Positions 44,512 to 53,661 of a DNA stretch of 64,000 nt are shown one piece after another. The notes beneath the pieces are model-generated. The model saw only the letters and a program-made list of their open reading frames with translations. It was not told where the DNA came from and ran no database searches. The DNA is from Dehalococcoidia bacterium. GTDB taxonomy: Bacteria > Chloroflexota > Dehalococcoidia > Lucifugimonadales > QGNO01. Both the position numbers and the translations under genes were made by a program. Numbering within the stretch: position 1 is the stretch's first letter; every line of letters starts with the position of its first letter. The DNA is taken from assembly GCA_965197965.1 (NCBI GenBank), contig OZ240235.1:90621-154620 (forward strand), in the 5' to 3' direction.

Positions 44512-44680
44512 TTGGATTCCCGCCTGCGCGGGAGTGACGGGTGTGTGGGTGTGGCCTTGGCTATATGTCCGCTTGTCTCCCAGCAACGCAGATTCTTCGC
44601 TGTGCTCAGAATGACAGTGTGGCGCTTCCGGCAAATTGACACCGGGATTATGAAAAGGTCTCCCTGTGCGGGAGTGACGG
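44512..44680. repeat. REP-like cluster between the binding-protein and permease genes
   Basis: TTGGATTCCCGCCTGCGCGGGAGTGACGGG at 44512-44541. Long unit at 44559-44618. GGTCTCCCTGTGCGGGAGTGACGG at 44657-44680. Confidence 0.75.
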
Positions 44681-44728
44681 TAGAGGGGACGAGAGTGACG
44701 AGTTCCATGGTGGCGCTAACGGTTAGAG

Positions 44729-46498
44729 TCAAGGCCTGTCCAGCCATACGGTAGCAAAGTCGGTGTGGGTATGGCCATCCTCGGGAGGAATGACCAGCCC
44801 CTTGACGTAGGTGCGATATGGGACTACTTGAAGGGTGCCCGCTATGGGGACTACGTAGGCCTGCTCCTCGACGATATATCGTTCAAGCTCACGCCAAATG
44901 GCGACGCGCTGGATCCTGGTGGTGGCCAGCCGCAGCCTGTCGTACATTTTAGTGATGGTTGCATCCTCGTGCTTGGCGTAGGCATCGGGGTTGTTGCTGT
45001 ATACGCCGAAGACGGACTCGGTGGCTTCCGGCAGTGGAGGGGTGAAGTGAGCGCCCGGCTGACTATCGTAGTCGAGAGAAACTCTGCCCCGGTTCCATTC
45101 CCCTTCGTCCACAACTTGAATCTGTAGATCTATGTTCAAGCCGGAGAGCTGTGCATGTATGAACTCACAGCGCGCGATCAAGCGAGCACGGCACAAATAC
45201 CCCATGGCAAAGCCATCGACATAGCCCGCTTCTTCCATAAGGCGTTTGGCTTCGGCGCGGTTCTGCTCCAACTGCTCGGGATTGAATCTTGGCCAGGTGG
45301 CGAAGTCCGGGCTGGTAAATGGATTGCTTGGGCTCAGTACAGGCGATAGGTAACCAAAGCCGCCCAGAGCGGACGGGATGGCTGATTGATTGTCTATCCA
45401 CAACGATATGGCTTGGCGGACCCTTGCGTCCTGCCAGGGACCGGGCTTCAGCACGTTGAATGCAAGGCGGAACAGCCCGCCTTGCATTTCGGCATAGAGG
45501 ACGCCGTCTCCCAGGCTGCTGTCGTAGCCCTGCTTTCTCTCTATGGAAAGGTAGTGGCCCTCGCCGCGTGCGCCGCCGTCCAATCTCCCGGCTCGTATGG
45601 CTGCATCCATAGTGGACGGGTCCGGCATGACAATGAACTCGATGCCATCGAGGTATGGCAACGGTTGGCCTCTTTCGTCCCTCTCCCAGTAATCATCGAA
45701 CCTTTGCACCCGGAGCAAGCTTCCCTTTTCATAGCTCTCCAGTCGAAACGGGCCTGTGCCCACCAATTCGACATCCAGCGGCGCCAGGCTAACTTCACCC
45801 TCTTCTATCCTCTCTTTCATCAGATGAGTAGGGTGCGCAATCTTTATCCTGGGATTCATCAGGGATTCCAGGTAGAAGGGGAACCGCTCCTTCAGGCTAA
45901 CACGCAATCTGTCGCCTTCCAGTACCTCAATTTCTTCTATTTGCCCAAGATCGGACTTGAAGTAGGCGGGGGCGCGCGTCTTGTCGCCGGCCGCGGTATC
46001 GAATGCAGCCAGCTCAAGCCAGAACTTGGCGTCCTCAGCGGTGAACGGGGCGCCATCGTGCCAGACAACGTCGTCGTTGATGGTGAAGGTCCATTCGGTG
46101 AACTCATTGTTGGTGACCCAAGCCCTAGCCAAGTAAGGGCAGACGATGTACATGTTCTGGCGACATCTGGCGACCAGGCTGCCGGGGCCGAACAATGCTC
46201 CGCCCACGTGGTGCAGAGCTATGCTGCTGGTGCGCAGCGTGTCGAAGGCGGCAGGGGGGTCGCCTCTGTTGGCAAGCTGCATCACTCCTCCATACGTGGG
46301 TTCAAGTTGAGGAGGCGTGCCGTCCAGAGATGGGGTAGGGGAGGCGATGGGGCCGGGCCGGTCTTGGTCCGGCGCACTGCTGGGGCTGCAAGCGACTGCA
46401 AGAAGAAGAAGCAGCATTGTCACAGTCGATAGGAGTGTAAGAGGACGCGGAGTGTATAGCCGTGGGCAACTCCTTGCTTGTGGAGAGGGTCTTATCAC
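44729..46498 (-). CDS. ABC transporter substrate-binding lipoprotein, family 5 (peptide/nickel type)
   Basis: Signal peptide with lipobox LLLLAVACS. About 590 aa with SBP_bac_5-like length and composition. Upstream of two Dpp-type permease genes. Confidence 0.8.
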   Translation of the reverse strand: MIRPSPQARSCPRLYTPRPLTLLSTVTMLLLLLAVACSPSSAPDQDRPGPIASPTPSLDGTPPQLEPTYGGVMQLANRGDPPAAFDTLRTSSIALHHVGGALFGPGSLVARCRQNMYIVCPYLARAWVTNNEFTEWTFTINDDVVWHDGAPFTAEDAKFWLELAAFDTAAGDKTRAPAYFKSDLGQIEEIEVLEGDRLRVSLKERFPFYLESLMNPRIKIAHPTHLMKERIEEGEVSLAPLDVELVGTGPFRLESYEKGSLLRVQRFDDYWERDERGQPLPYLDGIEFIVMPDPSTMDAAIRAGRLDGGARGEGHYLSIERKQGYDSSLGDGVLYAEMQGGLFRLAFNVLKPGPWQDARVRQAISLWIDNQSAIPSALGGFGYLSPVLSPSNPFTSPDFATWPRFNPEQLEQNRAEAKRLMEEAGYVDGFAMGYLCRARLIARCEFIHAQLSGLNIDLQIQVVDEGEWNRGRVSLDYDSQPGAHFTPPLPEATESVFGVYSNNPDAYAKHEDATITKMYDRLRLATTRIQRVAIWRELERYIVEEQAYVVPIAGTLQVVPYRTYVKGLVIPPEDGHTHTDFATVWLDRP

Positions 46499-46568
46499 AA
46501 TGGATATACGTTATCAAAGGCAAGGCCGATTTCAAAGGTAGCGCTGTGGAAGACGGCCCGATAGCGGA

Positions 46569-46644
46569 TGGCGCCCCAGGCAGGATTCGAACCCGCGACC
46601 CGCTGCTTAGAAGGCAGCCGCTCTATCCCCTGAGCTACTGGGGC
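46569..46644 (-). tRNA. tRNA-Arg (anticodon TCT)
   Basis: Hand-folded cloverleaf. Acceptor GCCCCAG/CTGGGGC, D stem GCTC/GAGC, anticodon stem GCTGC/GCAGC with loop CTTCTAA, T arm GCGGG-TTCGAAT-CCTGC, discriminator G, encoded CCA. 76 nt. Confidence 0.9.
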
Positions 46645-46703
46645 ATCCGAATTCAGTCTAACCACCGACTAGCAGGGGGTCAAGCTGAGGCAACCGGCGG
46701 TGG

Positions 46704-46943
46704 TCACCTGCGCTTTGGCCGCCAGACCATTTTCATGTAGCGGTCGCCGCTTTCCAGTTCTTCCAGCATCTGGGCCAGCCGCTTCTGCTGAGTTTCGGGG
46801 CGCTTGGCGCTGTTAATCCAACCGATGTAGTCGTTCTGCTGATAGGGAGGGCGGGTCAGGTAGGTATCCATCAACCGGCTTCCGATCAGAGCATGGGCCA
46901 CAAATTCAGGCATTTCGTGTCGTGGTCGTTTCAGGGAGTCCAT
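46704..46943 (-). CDS. YdeI/OmpD-associated (OmdA) family protein
   Basis: PPYQQNDYIGWINSAKRPETQQKRLAQMLEEL matches the OmdA domain pattern. Confidence 0.65.
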   Translation of the reverse strand: MDSLKRPRHEMPEFVAHALIGSRLMDTYLTRPPYQQNDYIGWINSAKRPETQQKRLAQMLEELESGDRYMKMVWRPKRR

Positions 46944-46970
46944 TGCGTATCCTTGTCGCTTTAGCTGTAG

Positions 46971-47609
46971 TCAGGCTCCAGAGCTTGTGCGCCTTCTTCT
47001 CAATCTCCGGTAAACGTACACCAATACAAGAACAGCCAGTAATGCAATGATGGGGAGGTCGAAAGGACGCATGTGGTCCCGCAGCGTTTCCCAGTTTGAT
47101 CCCAGCAAATAGCCACCAAGGGCGAGGCCGGTAGACCAGATGAACGACCCAAGGAAGGTAAGGACTAGGAACGGGAGCAGGTGCATCCTGGCGATCCCGG
47201 CGGGAAGACTGATCAGACTGCGGGCTACGGGAAGAAGCCGGGAGGTGAACACCGCCCAGGCGCCGTATCGTTCAAACCACCTGTCCGCCACGTCCAGGTC
47301 GTTGCGGGAGATCAATACATAGCGGCCGTACTTCTCGAGTAGGGGTCTGCCACCGAAGAGACCGATGGCATAGATAGCGATTGCGCCTATCAGGCTTCCC
47401 AGGGCGCCAAACAGACCGGCGAGCAGGACAAACCAAACGCTGTGACCTTGGGCCTCTATCAGCATCCACCCGGCCAGCGGCATCACGGCCTCGCTTGGAA
47501 TAGGGAAGAACACGCTCTCGATTGTCATCAGAACCACGACACCTGGCCATCCGATAGCGTCGTAGGCACGGGCAATAAGTTCAAGGACCTGTTGTTCGAG
47601 GGTTTCCAT
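46971..47609 (-). CDS. DedA family membrane protein
   Basis: FFPIPSEAVMPLAGW and RLLPVARSLISLPAG motifs. Confidence 0.85.
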   Translation of the reverse strand: METLEQQVLELIARAYDAIGWPGVVVLMTIESVFFPIPSEAVMPLAGWMLIEAQGHSVWFVLLAGLFGALGSLIGAIAIYAIGLFGGRPLLEKYGRYVLISRNDLDVADRWFERYGAWAVFTSRLLPVARSLISLPAGIARMHLLPFLVLTFLGSFIWSTGLALGGYLLGSNWETLRDHMRPFDLPIIALLAVLVLVYVYRRLRRRRTSSGA

Positions 47610-47730
47610 AGGAAATTGTCCAGATAATTTACCAAGCTTCTGCTAAAGCAGTCAACGTCACGTTGGTGCTATTCTATGCATTTTCTTATACAAGTATAAG
47701 AGATGTTCGGTACAAAGCTTATAATCTTTC

Positions 47731-47759
47731 TTGACTAGTATCCAGATAATGGCTATCAT
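47731..47759 (+). promoter_or_regulatory. sigma-70-type promoter for ORF 47781
   Basis: TTGACT - 17 nt - TATCAT, 21 nt upstream of the ATG. The spacer contains TCCAGATAAT, which recurs at 47619-47628. Confidence 0.5.
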
Positions 47760-47780
47760 TTCACCTCCAAAGGGGGAGTC

Positions 47781-48008
47781 ATGGCTAGAAAGACTAAATT
47801 GATGGCACAAGTAGAGGCATCTCATAACAATCAACCCCTGGAACGGTTGCTTCCGGAGTTGATAAACCAGCACGGGCTCACTGCTACCGCGGCGCAACTC
47901 GGCGTTAGCAAGGCTACCCTGGGGTACTGGCTGCTGAAGCTGGGCATCAACGTTCGCCGTGTTGCTCTAGCGCCGGGCGAAGCCTTGGAAATCAAGCGGA
48001 CCAGCTAA
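47781..48008 (+). CDS. small helix-turn-helix DNA-binding protein
   Basis: GLTATAAQLGVSKATLGYWLLKLGI HTH. AAGGGGGAG RBS. Confidence 0.6.
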   Translation: MARKTKLMAQVEASHNNQPLERLLPELINQHGLTATAAQLGVSKATLGYWLLKLGINVRRVALAPGEALEIKRTS

Positions 48009-48102
48009 GTCTCACAGTATATGGGTTGACACCCCCAGCCAATGATTGTGATAATTAGAGCAATCTAACCTATAGCCTCTATAGACAAATTCGGGAGGGT
48101 TC

Positions 48103-48543
48103 GTGCGTATTAAGACTGCATCCATACTTGGGCTGCTCATTGCGGCATCATTGATAGCTACTGGAGCTTCCGGCTGCGGTGGAGGCAGCCCTGAGCCAAC
48201 GTCCACCCCGACACCACCTCCAGCCACACCAACGCCCACGCCCTCGGCTGCTCCCACTCAACCCGATGGAAGCGGCGAGCTCCTAAGCGTCGTCCACGGC
48301 GAGAGCCCGTATGTTTTTATTCCGGACACGCTTGATCTGGAGCTGGGCAAGACCTACACGTTGGATTTCAACGTGCCCACCGAGTTCCATACGTTTACGT
48401 TGTCGGAACTTGGAATTGACATCTTCATCAACGCCGGCGAGAAGGTAACTGAGGACATAACGATTAACCAGGTCGGAGTGTTTGAATTGGTCTGTACCCC
48501 CCATTCAACGCTGGGTATGGTTGGCACCGTAACGGTCAGTTAG
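48103..48543 (+). CDS. cupredoxin (plastocyanin-like type 1 copper) lipoprotein
   Basis: Lipobox TGASGC and a Pro/Thr linker. Copper ligands: FHTF ... CTPHSTLGM (C-x2-H-x4-M, as in plastocyanin). Confidence 0.75.
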   Translation: MRIKTASILGLLIAASLIATGASGCGGGSPEPTSTPTPPPATPTPTPSAAPTQPDGSGELLSVVHGESPYVFIPDTLDLELGKTYTLDFNVPTEFHTFTLSELGIDIFINAGEKVTEDITINQVGVFELVCTPHSTLGMVGTVTVS

Positions 48544-48585
48544 CTAGAGTCGTCTTCACTGTAGGTGTGTAGGGTCGCCTCCTCC

Positions 48586-48699
48586 CCTGGATGTCAGTCC
48601 CCGCATCAAGTGTGGGGCAGGTTACACAGGCATGACTAAGGTGTTCTGTCAGCCCACGCTACCACCAGATTGCTCGCTGGCGCTTGCAATGACGATAGG
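48586..48699. repeat. REP-like pair
   Basis: CCTGGATGTCAGTCCCCGCATCAAGTGTGGGGCAG...GCATGACTAAGG at 48586-48641. CCAGATTGCTCGCTGGCGCTTGCAATGACGATAGG at 48665-48699. Confidence 0.65.
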
Positions 48700-48769
48700 A
48701 CGGTGCGCTGTTCGTGCGTCTGTCATCATCGCTCGCGTTCCATAACCCCCAAAAGTGTCGAAAACTACA

Positions 48770-48798
48770 TTGACGCTGGTAACCCTCGACTCTAAAAT
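48770..48798 (+). promoter_or_regulatory. sigma-70-type promoter for dnaN
   Basis: TTGACG - 17 nt - TAAAAT, ending 29 nt upstream of ATG 48828. Confidence 0.45.
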
Positions 48799-48827
48799 AC
48801 TGGCAACTCTTCCAAAGGTATTCACAC

Positions 48828-49979
48828 ATGCGTTTCACTTGTTTGCAAGAAAATCTCAACAAAGCGCTCAACATTGTAGGACGTGCCGTGGCTACGCGCA
48901 GTACGCTTCCCGTCACGCAAAACGTTCTCATGACCACGGAGGAAGGCCGTATCAAGCTCACGGCTACCAACTTGGAGATTGCCATAAAAACCTGGATAGG
49001 CGGCAAGGTTGATGACGAAGGGTCAGTAACCGTGCCGGCCCGCCTCCTTACGGATTTTGTGGCTTCTCTTCCGGAGGACCAGATAGAGGTGAGGCTAACA
49101 CCGAAACCCTTGGGAATAGAGCTTACCTCCGGCCGCTTTGAGGGCAGGGTTCTTGGCACCGATGCCGAGGAGTTTCCTCCTATTCCCACGGTAGATGACG
49201 GGGTAGGGGTTGCAATGGAGGCCAAGGTATTGCGAGATGCTATTGACAAGATAGTGTTCGCCGCGGCTACGGAAGATTCACGACCTGTGCTTACCGGCGT
49301 GAAGCTGGAGATGGAAGGCGACAGCGTTACCTTTGCCGCAGCCGACGGATTTCGCCTGGCCGTGCAAACGGCAAACCTGGCTTCGCCCGTTGCGGAGCCG
49401 GTGGGCTGCATCATTCCGGCGCGCACTCTAAGCGAGCTGCAGCGCCTTCTTGCTGACCAGGAAGACCCTGTGGAATTCATGGTAACTCCTCAGAAAAGCC
49501 AGATACTGTTCAAGCTCAAGAACGCTGAGCTAGTGTCGCAGCTTGTGCAGGGGAAGTTCCCCAACTACAACCAGTTGATCCCTGAGACATACAGCACACG
49601 CAGCATTATGTCGCTCAGGGACTTCAGCCGCGCGATAAGGACGGCCTCCATCTTCGCCAGAGATGGAAGCGGCATCGTGCGGATCCAGGCAATGCCAGGA
49701 GCGGATGGCAGTCCGGGCAGAGTGATCATATCGGCGCGGGCCGAAGAGCTTGGAGACAATACAGGCGTCATAGACGCTACCATAGAGGGGGAAGAGGCCA
49801 AGATTGCGTTCAGCAGCAAGTATCTCACCGACGTCCTCGGTGTGCTGGGTTCAGGGCAGGTTGCGCTGGAAACCACCACGCCGTCGAGCCCCGGTGTCAT
49901 CAAGCCTGTGTCCAGCAACGGCTCATCCGGCGAGCACAGCTACGTGCACGTGGTCATGCCCATGTTCGTGCAGTGGTAG
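48828..49979 (+). CDS. dnaN: DNA polymerase III beta sliding clamp
   Basis: MRFTCLQENLNKALNIVGRAVATRSTLPVTQNVLM...LTATNLE typical DnaN N-terminus. About 383 aa. Confidence 0.9.
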   Translation: MRFTCLQENLNKALNIVGRAVATRSTLPVTQNVLMTTEEGRIKLTATNLEIAIKTWIGGKVDDEGSVTVPARLLTDFVASLPEDQIEVRLTPKPLGIELTSGRFEGRVLGTDAEEFPPIPTVDDGVGVAMEAKVLRDAIDKIVFAAATEDSRPVLTGVKLEMEGDSVTFAAADGFRLAVQTANLASPVAEPVGCIIPARTLSELQRLLADQEDPVEFMVTPQKSQILFKLKNAELVSQLVQGKFPNYNQLIPETYSTRSIMSLRDFSRAIRTASIFARDGSGIVRIQAMPGADGSPGRVIISARAEELGDNTGVIDATIEGEEAKIAFSSKYLTDVLGVLGSGQVALETTTPSSPGVIKPVSSNGSSGEHSYVHVVMPMFVQW

Positions 49980-50119
49980 TGGGGTAGGGCCGTGGTCTGA
50001 GCCTAACCGGCTTGGACGCTTCGTAAGGCGATAGAGGTTTGAATGTAAAAGAGAGGCCACGCCTTAGTCGTTGCCCCGAGGTAATCATGGCTGAGACCGA
50101 TGGGAATTAGAGTGTTCTT

Positions 50120-52162
50120 GTGCGTCCCTCTAGACAGAGTCTGGAGTTTATACTAGCCGTATTGATTCTTGTCCTCCTGCTGGTCGCCTGTAGGAGCGAG
50201 GCGCCAACCCTGGAGTACACTGCCTACCTGACGGGCGAGATACCGCCCTGCACACCGGTGGCAAACTCATCCGTTGACCCCTGCGAACCTGACCTGACCG
50301 TTGCCGACAGCGGCAGTGCGGCAGATTCGGTAGTCATCGGCCTTAAACCTAGAGGGATGAACTACTTCCTCCACCGGTCGGATAGTAGTCTGATGGTGAC
50401 ACACCTGGTGCTCCGCGCCACCTACCTGCCCGGCACGGTCCGGTGTATTGCCAGAGAAGGAATCTTTCGCCATCATCCCTACGTCGACGAAGAAGAGTTC
50501 CGGTATTATTCTGGAGGCTCTAGGTCCTTGCACTGCTACGCCGACGTAAGGGTGAATGAATACATCCTCGGCTCTGGCCCCTCGGTTCTGACGGTCTTGG
50601 TCGACCACGAGCCTTACGATCCATTGCTCAATCCCAACCAAGTGGCTACGTGGCGACGCCAGATCGAAGAGATTTTGATCGAAGGTGGGAGGAACGACTA
50701 TATAGAGGCCCCCGATGGCGGGATCGAAGGCAGAGAGGCGGTCCTGTTCGTCGGACCTGCCTACGATGTCTCGACTGAAGCCTGGGAGGTATTCTGGACA
50801 TGGTATGTAGAGCGCCGCGAGGACGTCGACACGGTTGTTGCCGTCCATCCGCTCAGAGACTTCTGGCGGGTATATGTTTCGGACAGATTCGAGGCACAGC
50901 GTTCATTGTTGGAAATTGAGTTGCCTGCCTTCAAGCAGGCCGTCATGACGGCACACCAGGCCCGCGTCACGGCGAACGGCGGGCGCGCCGGCCCAGACAT
51001 CACCTGGCCCACACTGGAAACCGATGCCAACCGGCTGACGCAGTTCTACACGACCATCGGAGTCTATGCCCATCCCGACGGGCCTCCGTCGCAACCGCCA
51101 CCGGCCTGCGGCCTAGCGGTGACCGGTGAGCAATACAACCCCGGTCTCATGCTGGACTGTAGGGCATTGCTGGCAGCTAAGGACGCACTTCGCGGTACTG
51201 GTCAGCTTACTTGGGGCACTGGAACGGCGATCGGCAGCTGGGAAGGCGTTACCGTTGCGGGCACTCCTGCCCGTGTGACCAAAGTGGTGCTGCCCAGCAA
51301 AAGCCTGACGGGAATCATACCACCGGTGTTGGAAGACCTCCTGACGGTACGGAGGGAATCCACGATCACCCACCTTGACCTCAGCAATAATCAACTGACC
51401 GGCGAAATCCCACGGGCACTCGGCTGGATGGACAACTTGGTGGAGGTCCGCCTGTCGGGGAACTCCCTGACCGGTTGCATACCCTATGGCCTGAAGGACG
51501 TGACGACCAACGATTTAAGTTCCCTCAATCTCCTGTACTGTCCGCCTGCGCCTGATGCCCCCACCGGAGGGGAAGCGGGCAGCACGAGCCTACCGCTATC
51601 CTGGCCGGCAGCGGGCAGCACGACCGAGTACCGCGTGGAGTACCGCGAGGGCATCTACGGCCCCTGGACTCTGGACGACGAGAGCATTACGACGACGGTC
51701 CACACGGTTGACGGGCTTCTCTGCAAGACGGAGCACCAGTTCCGATTGAGCACCTACGGGGACGGGATTGCATACGGTGCTGCCTGGAGCGACCCGTCTG
51801 AACCGTTGAAGAGGACAACAGGTAGCTGTACGCCCCCTGTGTTCGGTGCCGCATCCTACAGCTTCAGCGTCGTGGAGGATGCCGACATAGATTCGGTCAT
51901 AGGGACGGTTGCGGCCAGCGACGACAGCGGAAAGCCGGTTGTCTATGATCTCAAATCCTCCAGCGGCTTGATCAGCGCCTACGATTTCTTTACCCTGAAT
52001 GAAGAGACGGGGGAACTGACCCTGGCTGCTGACCTGAACAGACGGGCGGGCGCAGAGGCGAACTTCACAGTGGCGGCGCTGGACCAGGACGGCGGTGAGG
52101 CCACCGCTAAGGTCACCGTTGAGGTGTTGCCCGCCAATGCGACCGCCGTCCCTTTGGGCTAA
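50120..52162 (+). CDS. secreted lipoprotein with leucine-rich repeats, fibronectin type III and cadherin-like domains
   Basis: Lipobox LLLVAC. Plant-type LRRs LDLSNNQLTGEIPRALG / LSGNSLTGCIP. FN3-like PDAPTGGEAGSTSLPLSWPA...EYRVEYR. Cadherin-like YSFSVVEDADIDSVIGTVAASD...FTVAALDQDG. Confidence 0.75.
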   Translation: MRPSRQSLEFILAVLILVLLLVACRSEAPTLEYTAYLTGEIPPCTPVANSSVDPCEPDLTVADSGSAADSVVIGLKPRGMNYFLHRSDSSLMVTHLVLRATYLPGTVRCIAREGIFRHHPYVDEEEFRYYSGGSRSLHCYADVRVNEYILGSGPSVLTVLVDHEPYDPLLNPNQVATWRRQIEEILIEGGRNDYIEAPDGGIEGREAVLFVGPAYDVSTEAWEVFWTWYVERREDVDTVVAVHPLRDFWRVYVSDRFEAQRSLLEIELPAFKQAVMTAHQARVTANGGRAGPDITWPTLETDANRLTQFYTTIGVYAHPDGPPSQPPPACGLAVTGEQYNPGLMLDCRALLAAKDALRGTGQLTWGTGTAIGSWEGVTVAGTPARVTKVVLPSKSLTGIIPPVLEDLLTVRRESTITHLDLSNNQLTGEIPRALGWMDNLVEVRLSGNSLTGCIPYGLKDVTTNDLSSLNLLYCPPAPDAPTGGEAGSTSLPLSWPAAGSTTEYRVEYREGIYGPWTLDDESITTTVHTVDGLLCKTEHQFRLSTYGDGIAYGAAWSDPSEPLKRTTGSCTPPVFGAASYSFSVVEDADIDSVIGTVAASDDSGKPVVYDLKSSSGLISAYDFFTLNEETGELTLAADLNRRAGAEANFTVAALDQDGGEATAKVTVEVLPANATAVPLG

Positions 52163-52188
52163 AATCGTATATTAGTTCCCAAAATAAG

Positions 52189-52221
52189 AAAGGTGCAGCC
52201 ATAGCTGGCTGCACCTTTTTT
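52189..52221. terminator. bidirectional Rho-independent terminator between convergent genes
   Basis: AAAGGTGCAGCCA-TAGC-TGGCTGCACCTTT (13-bp perfect stem). Six Ts span the stem 3' end and the tail on the + strand. A-rich tract on the other side. Confidence 0.85.
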
Positions 52222-52235
52222 ATTCACAAAGGGGC

Positions 52236-53618
52236 CTAGAACCAGCCGCGATAGAAAGTCTCGTAGGGGACGGCCGGGGGCTTCGCCAGGTGCGGAACGG
52301 GCAACTGGACCATTCCTCCTTCTCTGGAGGGAAGATAGACCACGGCCGAACCCTGAAGGTGGATCTCATCCACCTGGTTGCGTCCTTCCACCTTGATGCC
52401 CACGGCGTGGTAGGTGCGTTCGCCTGGCACAGCGCCGGGGCCGTCTTCGCCCGTTTGGACGTCCTGGAATTTCTTGACCACCTCCGCGCTGTAGACGCCG
52501 AGGTCACCGTAGTACATGGGCCGTCGCACGGCAACCTGGAGTTTGCGGATGAAGCCGTGGTCTCCCATCCAGTTGCTGATCAATCCCTGGGGGATCTGGC
52601 CGCGCTGGACGCCGTTGTCGAAGGGTAGGGACTGGCCGCGGTAGGCGGCCATGAGGGCGTCGCCATGCTCGTCGGCGGCGCTCCAGGGCCAGCGGGACAC
52701 AGGGTGGGTGAAGGCCCAGCCTTCCTCTGCGCCGCTTCCTATCTTGCCATGCCGCACTATCCAGTGCCCTTCCTCAAAGTGATACCATCTGACGGGACCG
52801 CGCCGGATGCTGCCTCCCCCGGGCCCGCCGTAGTCCTGGTCCGTCCATGGGGGCAATACCCAGGCGGGCAGCTTGTCGCCTTCCTTTACGTCTTCCCAGT
52901 AGAGGACCTCTTTGCCCCTGCGGTTTGCGCCTTTGCTCATAAGGTCTAAGGCTTCTTCCACCTTTTCCTTGCTGTACTTGGACACGCTGCGGTCGTACAT
53001 CATCCTCTCGCCAAGACGCTCCACGGGCATGACTCTGCCCGCGCCCAGCTCTTCACGCGGGATCATAATCACTGTGCCGTAGTTCTTGCCCAGGAGGTCG
53101 CCGCGCCTGTCCCAGAAGTAGGCATCGGTGGTGAGGACGAACATCTGACCGCCCCTGGCTCCCGGCTTTTCGATCATCTCGTGGGCCTTGGCCATGCCTT
53201 TGAAGCCCGTGCCAACGCGGATCACGTCGAAGAACTCCAGCGCCGAGCCGGCGTGGAAGTTGAGGACGGGATAGCCGCCCCCGCCCTCGCGGCGTGCCCC
53301 GTGCCAGAGGCCGGCACGGGCAGTGAGTAGTACGGTGCCAGGGGCAATGATGCAGCCGTAGGGGCCGTTCTTGGCGTACTCTCTATCCGTATAGAGGGGG
53401 TTATCGTCACTGATCCTCTTGGCGTAGGCCTTGATATCGGTCTCGGTCAGAATCCCGAAGCTCTTGTAGGGCGGGCCGGACTCGTCGAAGGCCTGGGTGA
53501 GCCTGGGAGAGCCGATCCCTTCCGCGAGCAGCTCATGGCCAATCATGGCCCTGGACCTCTCCCGGAATTCGTTGACTAGACTTTCAAATGTCCGTTCTTC
53601 TTGCTGAGGTATGGTCAT
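52236..53618 (-). CDS. double hot-dog (MaoC-dehydratase-like) protein, 460 aa
   Basis: ISDDNPLYTDREYA (MaoC-like D-x-N-P motif with Tyr in place of His). C-terminal hot-dog region NWMGDHGFIRKLQV...GDLGVYSAEVV. Confidence 0.6.
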   Translation of the reverse strand: MTIPQQEERTFESLVNEFRERSRAMIGHELLAEGIGSPRLTQAFDESGPPYKSFGILTETDIKAYAKRISDDNPLYTDREYAKNGPYGCIIAPGTVLLTARAGLWHGARREGGGGYPVLNFHAGSALEFFDVIRVGTGFKGMAKAHEMIEKPGARGGQMFVLTTDAYFWDRRGDLLGKNYGTVIMIPREELGAGRVMPVERLGERMMYDRSVSKYSKEKVEEALDLMSKGANRRGKEVLYWEDVKEGDKLPAWVLPPWTDQDYGGPGGGSIRRGPVRWYHFEEGHWIVRHGKIGSGAEEGWAFTHPVSRWPWSAADEHGDALMAAYRGQSLPFDNGVQRGQIPQGLISNWMGDHGFIRKLQVAVRRPMYYGDLGVYSAEVVKKFQDVQTGEDGPGAVPGERTYHAVGIKVEGRNQVDEIHLQGSAVVYLPSREGGMVQLPVPHLAKPPAVPYETFYRGWF

Positions 53619-53661
53619 GGGGTTGTTCTCCTTGTCGATTCCTGTAGTTTAGGCTGCCTCT

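Noticed and set aside
45386-46432. 348-aa + strand ORF
   Set aside because: Antisense to the substrate-binding lipoprotein gene. Composition is typical of a high-GC antisense frame.
46499-46644. tRNA-Arg as an integration site for the adjacent ABC operon or another island
   Set aside because: I could not find a second copy of the tRNA 3' segment anywhere in the window, and there is no integrase gene nearby. The ABC genes have native-looking composition.
47610-48827. Chromosomal replication origin next to dnaN
   Set aside because: There is no dnaA gene in the window. I found only two or three weak DnaA-box-like words (7/9 matches) and no clustered boxes or obvious AT-rich unwinding element. 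The AT-rich stretch is better explained as a divergent promoter region.
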